Assembly (NCBI GenBank): GCA_015222055.1
Contig: JADFUR010000065.1
Span: forward strand, 42,176-106,175
Length of the DNA stretch: 64,000 bases
Direction: 5' to 3'
From: Bacteroidota bacterium
Lineage (GTDB): Bacteria; Bacteroidota; Bacteroidia; Bacteroidales; B39-G9
Position 1 is the stretch's first letter. Every line of letters starts with the position of its first letter. Made by a program: the position numbers and the translations under genes. Of this stretch, positions 42,120 to 50,188 are shown one piece after another. The notes under the pieces are model-generated. The model was not told the DNA's origin. It ran no database searches and saw only the letters and a list, made by a program, of their open reading frames with translations.

Positions 42120-42353
42120 ACACCTATAAATAGTAGATTTTAAGCTACTTTATTTCAAATAAAATTCAATAAAATTTCTGATATTTGCAAAATTCCAATA
42201 TATTTACAAAAATTAAATTTCATGATAAAAAATTTGTTTGAAATTCTTTAAAAAAATGACACCCAAATTATCATTAAAATCAATTACCCCTTGTTAATCG
42301 AAAACAAAATAGTGTAGAACAAAATAGAATTATTAATTATTAAAATTTAGATT

Positions 42354-42878
42354 ATGAAAAAAGTAAATTTTGCAAAATTGTTCGCTTTATTAGCGATAAG
42401 TATGACATTAATTTTCACAACAAGTTGTGAAAAAGATGATGACAACAACGGTATAACTGCATCGATAGTAGGAGTTTGGACATCGGACACTTATACGGCA
42501 GTCATTACAGTTGATGGGGTATCTATAATCGATTACATAATAAAAGAATTGGGATTAACACAAGCTCAGGCTGAGGCTATGCTTGAAGGTGATGATGGAC
42601 TTGGAGATGGCACTATAGAATTTAAAAAAGACGGAACTTTTATTGACAATTTGGAAAGTGAGGAAGAAGGTACAGGAACATGGACCTTGGTTGGTGAAAA
42701 ACTTACTATAATTTCTAAAGATAAAGACGGTGAAATGGAGACAATGATTTTTGATGTTAACACTTTAAATGCTTCAACTCTTATTGTTGAGAGCAATGAG
42801 ACTTCTAACGAAGACATGAATTTTGATGGTGAAAAAGAAGCTATTGTAAGCAATATTAGGATAACACTTACCCGATAA
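42354..42878 (+). CDS. Lipocalin-like domain lipoprotein
   Basis: Lipoprotein signal (LIFTTSC), GVWTSDTY and GTWTLVGEKLTII motifs, acidic 174-aa protein. Confidence 0.55.
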   Translation: MKKVNFAKLFALLAISMTLIFTTSCEKDDDNNGITASIVGVWTSDTYTAVITVDGVSIIDYIIKELGLTQAQAEAMLEGDDGLGDGTIEFKKDGTFIDNLESEEEGTGTWTLVGEKLTIISKDKDGEMETMIFDVNTLNASTLIVESNETSNEDMNFDGEKEAIVSNIRITLTR

Positions 42879-42897
42879 TTTATTATCGGTTATTAAA

Positions 42898-42932
42898 GGT
42901 TCGAGGCAAATATGACTCGAACCTTTTTTTTT
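42898..42932 (+). terminator. Rho-independent terminator
   Basis: ggttcgag-gcaaatatga-ctcgaacc followed by T9, 20 nt after the stop at 42878. Confidence 0.8.
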
Positions 42933-43096
42933 GATAATTACTAAACTTTTAAACATAAAAAAAAGTTGTTTCGTATATCAATATTAGTATCTATTCTTTT
43001 ATCATTTAGTGAAAAGGAAGTGTGTCAAAGACAAATAAAACATAAAAAAAATGACGATTATTTAATTGTGGGTATTCATTAACAGAAATAGTTTGT

Positions 43097-43104
43097 TACT
43101 TTTG
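43097..43104 (+). promoter_or_regulatory. Putative -7 promoter box (TAnnTTTG)
   Basis: tacttttg lies ~70 nt upstream of the DEAD-box helicase ATG. Motif match only. Confidence 0.3.
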
Positions 43105-43174
43105 CACCTTATATAAAATATCATCCAAAAAGTCTTTTTAAATATTTTAGAATGATATTAAAAGAAATTGAATA

Positions 43175-44446
43175 ATGCAATTTGAAGATCTGAAAATTAT
43201 TGAGCCTATTATAAAGGCTCTAAAAGAAGAAAACTATTCTGTACCTACATCAATACAGGAAAAAGCAATTCCACTCATAATAAATAGAAATGATGTTTTG
43301 GGTAGTGCTCAAACAGGAACAGGTAAAACAGCTGCTTTTGCTGTTCCAATACTGCAACACTTATTTCTTGATCGTAAACAGAATAATAGTCCACGCAAAA
43401 TAAATGCTCTCATCATAACTCCTACTCGAGAATTAGCAATTCAAATTGCAGAGAGTTTTTCGGTCTATGGGAAATATACAGGAATTAAAAATACCGTCAT
43501 TTTTGGAGGTGTGAAACAAGGTAAACAAACAGATGCTCTTCGCAGAGGTGTCGACATTCTCGTTGCAACACCAGGAAGACTTCTAGATCTAATGAATCAG
43601 AATATTGTTAGCTTGAAGGATATTGAATATTTTGTGCTTGACGAAGCTGACCGGATGCTCGATATGGGTTTTATTCATGATATTAAAAAAATTATTGCCG
43701 AATTACCACGAAAACGGCAGTCATTATTTTTTTCAGCAACAATGCCAAATAATATTGTTGTACTTTCGAAAAAAATTCTGAATAATCCAATTAAAGTAGA
43801 AGTAAGTGCGGTTTCGTCTCCAGCTGACACAATACATCAATATTTGTACTATACTAATAAATCAAATAAGAAAAAATTGCTTCTTTATATTCTTGAGGAT
43901 GAAAGAATTGATCAGGTATTGTTATTTTCGAAAACGAAACATGGTGCTGACAAAATTGCCCGTCTCTTAAAAAAAGAAAAAATTAAATCAGCCGCTATAC
44001 ATGGTGACAAAGCCCAAAATCAAAGACAAACAGCCTTAAAACAGTTTAAAAACGGAGAAATAAGGGTGTTGGTTGCGACTGATATTGCTGCCAGAGGTAT
44101 TGATATTGAAAAGCTAAAATATGTCATCAATTTTGACATCCCTAATATATCTGAAACATATGTTCACAGGATAGGCAGATCAGGTCGAGCTGGGGATGAA
44201 GGTGTTTCTATATCCATTTGTGAACCTGAAGAAAATGCGTATATAAAAGACATTGAAAAATTAATAAAACAGAAAATAGAAACTATAAATGACAGTCCTT
44301 TTCCTCAAACAGAAAAACCAATGACAGCAAAGGAAAAACAAGTATTTGAAAAGGAAAAAACAAAAAGAAAACAAGAATATTTTGCTGCAAGAAATAAAAG
44401 TAAAAAAAATACAAATTCACCAACGTTTAATAGGAAAAATAATTAG
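43175..44446 (+). CDS. rhlE: DEAD-box ATP-dependent RNA helicase (RhlE-like)
   Basis: Q motif, AQTGTGKTAAF, PTRELA, DEAD, SAT, HRIGRSGRAG, basic C-terminal tail. Confidence 0.92.
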   Translation: MQFEDLKIIEPIIKALKEENYSVPTSIQEKAIPLIINRNDVLGSAQTGTGKTAAFAVPILQHLFLDRKQNNSPRKINALIITPTRELAIQIAESFSVYGKYTGIKNTVIFGGVKQGKQTDALRRGVDILVATPGRLLDLMNQNIVSLKDIEYFVLDEADRMLDMGFIHDIKKIIAELPRKRQSLFFSATMPNNIVVLSKKILNNPIKVEVSAVSSPADTIHQYLYYTNKSNKKKLLLYILEDERIDQVLLFSKTKHGADKIARLLKKEKIKSAAIHGDKAQNQRQTALKQFKNGEIRVLVATDIAARGIDIEKLKYVINFDIPNISETYVHRIGRSGRAGDEGVSISICEPEENAYIKDIEKLIKQKIETINDSPFPQTEKPMTAKEKQVFEKEKTKRKQEYFAARNKSKKNTNSPTFNRKNN

Positions 44447-44611
44447 AAGTTTAGCAGAATAATAAAAAACGGCACCAAAAATAAAACATTTTTCAGCCTC
44501 GGCTTTTCATCCAATTATAATAATAAATGAGTATTGCTGACTTCTTCAATACTCACAAAATTAATGCACGAACAAACAAATTTTATTATTGATACGATGT
44601 ATTAAACTTTT

Positions 44612-44639
44612 AAATAAGATACTCCAGTGTGTCTTATTT
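44612..44639 (+). repeat. 28-nt hairpin motif, copy 1 (aaataagatactccagtgtgtcttattt)
   Basis: 25/28 identical, in direct orientation, to 59498-59525. Stem aaataaga/tcttattt with a conserved 12-nt loop. Lies 62 nt upstream of the sdaA ATG. Confidence 0.75.
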
Positions 44640-44700
44640 AAGTTTTATAGGGCATTATAAAAAATTAAGAGATAAGGTTATAAAGAGTAATAATATAAAT

Positions 44701-46119
44701 ATGGAATCGATAAGTATATTTGAAATTATAAAAATTGGAATTGGTCCATCTAGTTCACACACTATGGGACCATGGCGGGCAGCAGTATTTTTTTTAAACT
44801 ATTTGAATAAATATGACAAACTCAACGAAGTAAGCGAGATTAAAACGTCTTTGTATGGTTCACTAGCAAAAACAGGATTAGGTCATGGTACTGATATTGC
44901 TGTGATGTTGGGACTTTCTAATGAAGATTTCACAACAATTGATACGAATAAAATAGCCGAAAAAATTGAAAATATTAAACAAAGTGGCTTAATTAGTATT
45001 TCAGAAAGCCACACAATCCCTTTCAATTACGATAAACATATCATTTTTGAATTCAACAAAAGTCTTGATTATCACCCAAACGGGATACGATTTAATGCCA
45101 TTTTAAAAGACGGCACTAGCATTTCAAGAGAATATTTTTCTGTTGGCGGAGGTTTTGTCATTACCCAAGATTCTGACCAAATAGCAAAAAATCCTATCAA
45201 AACTAAATATCCTTGCCATACCGAGCAAGATATATTGAATAATTGCAAAAAACTAAATCTTAAAATATCTGAGCTTGTAATGCTTAACGAAACAGCATGG
45301 CAAAATGAAGCGGAAACTCGTAAACAAGCCCTTTACATCTGGAGCGAAATAAAAAACTGTATATTTAGAGGTGTTAATAAATCAGGAATTTTACCAGGAG
45401 GATTAAAGGTAAGAAGAAGGGCTTATGATTTAAACAAAAAGCTTTTACATGGACAAAAATTCAATAATGTAGATGACTGGATAAATGCTATTAAACAAGG
45501 TTCGAAAAATTTCACTACAGTTAGCAAATGGATAAGTGTATTTGCTTTAGCTGTAACTGAAGAAAATGCTTCTTTTGGAAGAATTATTACTGCTCCAACC
45601 AATGGTGCGTCAGGTGTTATCCCTGCAGTATTGATGTATGCATACTGTTTTACTTCTAATTTTGAAGATGAAGAAATCGTAAAATTTATTATCACTGCAG
45701 GAGAAATAGGTACTCTTTATAAAAAGGGGGCTACCATTTCTGCGGCCATGGGTGGTTGTCAGGCAGAAATAGGTGTTTCGAGTTCTATGGCAGCAGGCGG
45801 TCTTACAGAATCGCTTGGAGGAAGAAAAGAACAAGTGTTTCAAGCTGCGGAAATAGCCATGGAGCACCACTTAGGTATGACTTGCGACCCCATAGGCGGA
45901 CTGGTACAAATACCTTGTATTGAACGAAATTGCATGGGCGCTATTAAAGCAATAACTGCCTCAAACATAGCATTAGAAAGTGATTCGTCTGCTGCTCGCC
46001 TAAGTTTAGACGATGTAATCAAAGTAATGTGGGAAACCGCTATTGATATGAACGCAAAATATAAAGAAACATCTGAAGGAGGTTTGGCTAAAATTCCAGT
46101 AAATATTTCCGAATGTTAA
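44701..46119 (+). CDS. sdaA: L-serine ammonia-lyase (iron-sulfur dependent, single chain)
   Basis: SIFEIIKIGIGPSSSHTMGPW, GGCQAEIG, CIERN. ATG at 44701 is preferred over the track's GTG at 44629, which lies inside the hairpin motif. Confidence 0.9.
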   Translation: MESISIFEIIKIGIGPSSSHTMGPWRAAVFFLNYLNKYDKLNEVSEIKTSLYGSLAKTGLGHGTDIAVMLGLSNEDFTTIDTNKIAEKIENIKQSGLISISESHTIPFNYDKHIIFEFNKSLDYHPNGIRFNAILKDGTSISREYFSVGGGFVITQDSDQIAKNPIKTKYPCHTEQDILNNCKKLNLKISELVMLNETAWQNEAETRKQALYIWSEIKNCIFRGVNKSGILPGGLKVRRRAYDLNKKLLHGQKFNNVDDWINAIKQGSKNFTTVSKWISVFALAVTEENASFGRIITAPTNGASGVIPAVLMYAYCFTSNFEDEEIVKFIITAGEIGTLYKKGATISAAMGGCQAEIGVSSSMAAGGLTESLGGRKEQVFQAAEIAMEHHLGMTCDPIGGLVQIPCIERNCMGAIKAITASNIALESDSSAARLSLDDVIKVMWETAIDMNAKYKETSEGGLAKIPVNISEC

Positions 46120-46149
46120 ATAAAAACCAAATAAAAATGCACCATAATT

Positions 46150-46390
46150 GATTAGATGGCTGACGGTCAAATAATTGCCGTTACTCCATTCACAGCAACG
46201 CAGTCTACCAAAATAAATTCGAGATGCGATGACGGTTAATAAAATGAAAAAATCCAAACGGGTATGTTTGAACTCAAATTCCCAACAGTAATAAAAAAAC
46301 ACACATTTAAAAACTACAATTGCAAATAACTAAATTAATGTTTAGCAACACTTTTCTTTTAATAAAGCTCTTTAATTTTTAACCATTATT
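46150..46390. repeat. ~240-bp intergenic repeat element, copy 3 (approximate ends)
   Basis: gctgacggtcaaataa at 46159-46174, acaattgcaaataa at about 46316, taatgtttagcaacacttttcttttaataaagctcttt at 46336 onward. About 65% identity to copy 2 by eye. Confidence 0.7.
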
Positions 46391-46547
46391 TTTTTGTTAC
46401 TAAAAAATGGTTTTGCCTTTTTGATTATATTTCACTTATAAAATTTTTCAGTTTCAAATTTGTCACAATTTTTATTAATTACGGTGTGTTGGCACGTACT
46501 CTTACCAATTTTTCATCAAGATGTGTATACTTTTGCAGCGGCTTCAA

Positions 46548-49547
46548 TTATGGTCTTGCTATTCCGTTTATAAATGTTTCTACAAATCCTAAAATCTTTG
46601 CTGTTACTCTTTCGGCTATTGTTTTTCTTTCTTTCAAACTTGGTCTTTTGTTTAGCATTCCAATAATTTCATCTCTTAAGGGTTTCTTTTCGGTGAACAG
46701 GTAGTTCCCAATTACTTCCTGTAATTTTTCAGAATCCAAATTTTCTTCTTTACTAAGTTTCGCTATTGCCAAAAGTCTTTCTTGATTCCAATAGTTTTCA
46801 AATTCTTCCGGAATATTATCGGAATCATCAATTTCAGGTAAATTTTCTTGTATAAACCTTTCAATTAGCTCTCGTTTGCTACGCATGCGTGCATCACCAG
46901 CCATTAATTCAATAATTGCTTTTTTCTGATTCTCATGTTCTTCTTCGCTTGCATCTTTCAGTTTAGCAAGTAGTTTCAATATGTATGCAACATTTATTTC
47001 GTCTCTATGAATTAATTCTAATTCAAAATCAATATCCTGTAAAATTGAAACTTTCTCTTTTTGATGTGCCGATTTTGCTTTGTCGTAAAGGTCAAGATAT
47101 TTACTTTTATAATCTTCAAAATTTTGCTCTTCCATTGACAAATCAGCAAAATCAAACTCAGTGAAAGTTGCCAATACGTTTTTCAAACGCATTAATTCTC
47201 TGAATGCTTTTATAAATTCGAGTTCTTTTTCTTCATCTTGTAAATCGTTTACACTGCCCACCGTTGGTGTAATTTGCAATAATTCATTAAATGCCTGATT
47301 AAATTTAACAACATACTCTTCATAAGGCTGAATTATTATTTCATCTTTAGCATTTTTGTTCGAGAAAAGTGAAATTGCTTCGTCAGTAGCTGCTTTTAAA
47401 TTTCGGAAACAGACAATATTACCCTGCGATTTTAATTCGTTTAAAATTCTGTTTGTTCTTGAATATGTCTGTATTAAACCGTGATATTTCAAATTCTTAT
47501 CAACATAAAGAGTGTTTAATGTTTTACAGTCGAAACCCGTTAAAAACATATTAACTACCAACAAAATATCAATTTGTTTTTGCTTTACTCGCTTTGCAAC
47601 ATCATTGTAATAGTTGTAGAAACTCTTACTATCTTTTGTAGTGAAGTTTGTGCTATATTGCTTATTGTAATGCCCAATAAATTCTTCGAGATAATCTCTA
47701 CTTAATTGTGAATTATAAGTTGTGAATTGTGAATTGTTTTGGGATTGATATTCAGCTTGTGGTTCAGCTGCAATTTTAGATGATGTTTCCTGAGCGGAGT
47801 CGGATGTTTCCTGAGCGAAGTCGAAGGAAACCTCATCATCAATAAAAGCACTTCCTATAGCGTCTTTATCATCTTCGTTTGCCTGATAAGAAAAAATAGT
47901 AGCCACTCGCAAATTATGTTCACCATTTTCTTTTTTCTGACGAAACAGTTTATAATACTCAATTAAAATATCGATGCTGGAAACAGCAAAAATGCTTGTA
48001 AACTCTCTGTTGTGGGTTTTACGATTATGATTTGTTATAATGTAATCGGTAATATTATTTAAACGCTCCGGGGCATTCATCACCTCTGCTTCGTCAATGC
48101 CTTCGACAAGCTCAGCAGAACTGCCTTCGACAAGCTCAGGAGAACTGCCTTCTACATTAATATCTAAAATATTGTCTTTCTTTTTAAAAGTGCTTATATA
48201 TTCAATAGATAGCTTCAATACATTTTCATCACGAATTGCATCAGTAATTACATATTGATGAAGCTTTTTATCAAACAACATTTTGGTTGTTCGTTTTCCA
48301 AATTCGTTTTTACCTGCATTCTTTTCAAATATTGGTGTGCCTGTAAAACCAAACATCTGACTAGCTGTAAAAAAAGTTTTAATATCTTTATGGGTTTTCC
48401 CAAATTGCGAACGGTGGCACTCATCAAAAATGAAAACAATGTGTTTATCTTTGAGAGTTTCCATTCTGTTTAAATACCTGTTTTTGCAGATGGCGGAATC
48501 TAATTTTTGAATAGTAGTAACAATAATTCTGCTATCACCAATCATCTGTTTAACCAATGTATTGGTATTGTTTGTGCCGTCGATACTTCCTTTGCTAAAT
48601 GCGTTAAATTCTTTGGTTGTTTGATAATCTAAATCTCTACGGTCAACTACAAAAACAACTTTATACACTTTTGGAAAATTGGTGAGAATTTGAGCTGTTT
48701 TAAACGAAGTTAAAGTTTTGCCCGAACCTGTTGTATGCCAAATGTAACCGAACTTATTTGTGGTTTGAACTCTTTCAATAATGGCTTCTACTGCATAAAA
48801 TTGATATGGACGAAGCACCATCAGAATTTTATCAGATTCGTGAATTACAATGTATTTGCATATCATTTTAGAGATATGACAAGGCTCTAAAAAAATATCG
48901 GTAAAATCGGAAAGTTGAGTAATAAGATTATTATCTACATCGCTCCAATAAAAAGTTTGTTTAAACGAGCGTGCTTTTATAGGGTTGTTGGCATAGTATT
49001 TTGTATTTACGCCATTGCTGATTACAAATATTTGGATAAACTGGAATAAGCCGTAACCAGCCCAATACGAATGTCTTTCGTAACGATTGGTTTGATTAAA
49101 AGCCTCTTTTAATTCTAATCCACGGCGTTTTAGCTCTATTTGAACCAATGGCAAACCGTTTATCAAAATAGTAACATCGTAGCGGTTTTTATAAGAACCT
49201 TCCATTGTTACTTGTTGAGTAACCTGAAACTGATTTTTACACCATTGTATTTGATTTATTAATTCAATGGTTTTGTGTTCGCCTTTATCATTGGTAAAAG
49301 GAACACGGTCACGCAATATTTTGGCACGTTCAAAAATATTGCCTTTGTTGATATAGTTTAATATTTGTTTAAAATCATTATCGGATAGGACACATGGCCG
49401 TGTGCTTGTACTGTTGTGAATTTCCAATTGTGATTTTAGATTAGCCAACAAATCGTTTTCATCTTTTATGACCACATATTTGTAAGCCAAATTTTGTAAT
49501 TGAGCAACAAGATTATTTTCTAATATTTGTTCGGCTTGGGTTTTCAT
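46548..49547 (-). CDS. hsdR: Type I restriction enzyme R subunit
   Basis: N-terminal PD-(D/E)xK region (YDVTILINGLPLVQIELKR) and SF2 motor motifs (TTGSGKTLT, FDECHRSQFG, GFTGTP, TGFDCKTLNTLYVDK). Start placed at the Met whose ATG overlaps the upstream TGA (ATGA at 49547-49544). An alternative ATG is at 49568. Confidence 0.93.
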   Translation of the reverse strand: MKTQAEQILENNLVAQLQNLAYKYVVIKDENDLLANLKSQLEIHNSTSTRPCVLSDNDFKQILNYINKGNIFERAKILRDRVPFTNDKGEHKTIELINQIQWCKNQFQVTQQVTMEGSYKNRYDVTILINGLPLVQIELKRRGLELKEAFNQTNRYERHSYWAGYGLFQFIQIFVISNGVNTKYYANNPIKARSFKQTFYWSDVDNNLITQLSDFTDIFLEPCHISKMICKYIVIHESDKILMVLRPYQFYAVEAIIERVQTTNKFGYIWHTTGSGKTLTSFKTAQILTNFPKVYKVVFVVDRRDLDYQTTKEFNAFSKGSIDGTNNTNTLVKQMIGDSRIIVTTIQKLDSAICKNRYLNRMETLKDKHIVFIFDECHRSQFGKTHKDIKTFFTASQMFGFTGTPIFEKNAGKNEFGKRTTKMLFDKKLHQYVITDAIRDENVLKLSIEYISTFKKKDNILDINVEGSSPELVEGSSAELVEGIDEAEVMNAPERLNNITDYIITNHNRKTHNREFTSIFAVSSIDILIEYYKLFRQKKENGEHNLRVATIFSYQANEDDKDAIGSAFIDDEVSFDFAQETSDSAQETSSKIAAEPQAEYQSQNNSQFTTYNSQLSRDYLEEFIGHYNKQYSTNFTTKDSKSFYNYYNDVAKRVKQKQIDILLVVNMFLTGFDCKTLNTLYVDKNLKYHGLIQTYSRTNRILNELKSQGNIVCFRNLKAATDEAISLFSNKNAKDEIIIQPYEEYVVKFNQAFNELLQITPTVGSVNDLQDEEKELEFIKAFRELMRLKNVLATFTEFDFADLSMEEQNFEDYKSKYLDLYDKAKSAHQKEKVSILQDIDFELELIHRDEINVAYILKLLAKLKDASEEEHENQKKAIIELMAGDARMRSKRELIERFIQENLPEIDDSDNIPEEFENYWNQERLLAIAKLSKEENLDSEKLQEVIGNYLFTEKKPLRDEIIGMLNKRPSLKERKTIAERVTAKILGFVETFINGIARP
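47701..47832. repeat. In-frame repeat insertion inside hsdR (aattgtgaatt-type repeats plus 2 x 21-bp gatgtttcctgagcg[g/a]agtcg)
   Basis: Tandem 21-mers at 47782-47802 and 47803-47823, closing hairpin gtttcc...ggaaac. Translated as FAQETSDSAQETS...QSQNNSQFTTYNSQLS. Locally much more GC-rich than the gene. Confidence 0.8.
48099..48152. repeat. In-frame 24-bp tandem repeat inside hsdR (gccttcgacaagctcag[c/g]agaact x2.25)
   Basis: Read directly from the sequence; translated as EGSSPELVEGSSAELVEG between conserved HsdR blocks. Confidence 0.85.
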
Positions 49548-50188
49548 ATTACTTTTTTGATTTGCCACAATAATCGTTCACGGTCGTATTTAGTTTGCCT
49601 ACCATATGACATAATTCCATTGAGATAAAAATAAGTTTTGGTTTTATCTACATACAAACCAGTTTTGTCCTCAAATTGTAATTGTAAATATCCTTTTAAA
49701 ATATCAGCTGTAATAACATTATTGGTAATAACTAGCTTTGGAGAAATGAATTTTAAAATTTCAGAAAAAACAGATAGGTGTTTATTGTGTAAAGGTTTAA
49801 GTAAACCATTGTCACCTATTAACTCTTTAACAATAATTTTGGCAGTTTTGTAACTCATTTGGAACAAATCACAATGTTCAAACTCTACACCTAAATCATC
49901 AGCGATACTCGAAATGGGTTTGTAGTAACGTTTGTATTGACCATTTCTATCAGGCACCCCATCGCCAAAAATTGCCTGGAATTCTTGTTTAATTTTATGT
50001 TGGATTTCGACTTCGCTAAAACTCGTAATAGCAGGCTTTGGTGTTATGTCGCCCGATGGATTTAGTCCAACGAACAGTATTTTGGCATTGGTATTTAATG
50101 GATGTATAAATGTTGGCATATTTCCCCGAAGATTGTCGGGTAATTGATGCCACCATTCTAATATCTCCTTATTTAAAATCTCTTCCAT
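49544..50188 (-). CDS. Hypothetical 214-aa protein embedded in the type I R-M operon (possible uracil-DNA-glycosylase-superfamily fold)
   Basis: Its start abuts the hsdS stop (TAAATG) and its stop overlaps the hsdR start (ATGA). KILFVGLNPSG resembles UDG/MUG motif A (G-[IL]-NP-[GS]), but this is a weak, memory-based call. Confidence 0.35.
   Translation of the reverse strand: MEEILNKEILEWWHQLPDNLRGNMPTFIHPLNTNAKILFVGLNPSGDITPKPAITSFSEVEIQHKIKQEFQAIFGDGVPDRNGQYKRYYKPISSIADDLGVEFEHCDLFQMSYKTAKIIVKELIGDNGLLKPLHNKHLSVFSEILKFISPKLVITNNVITADILKGYLQLQFEDKTGLYVDKTKTYFYLNGIMSYGRQTKYDRERLLWQIKKVI

Noticed and set aside
44629-44700. GTG-initiated 24-codon N-terminal extension of sdaA proposed by the ORF track
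   Set aside because: The extension starts inside the 28-nt hairpin motif and adds non-conserved residues. The ATG at 44701 gives the canonical MESISIFEIIKIGIGPSSSH N-terminus.
46006-46704. ORFs 46006..46302 (-) and 46486..46704 (+)
   Set aside because: The first overlaps the sdaA 3' end and the 240-bp repeat element. The second is antisense to the hsdR 3' end. Neither looks coding.
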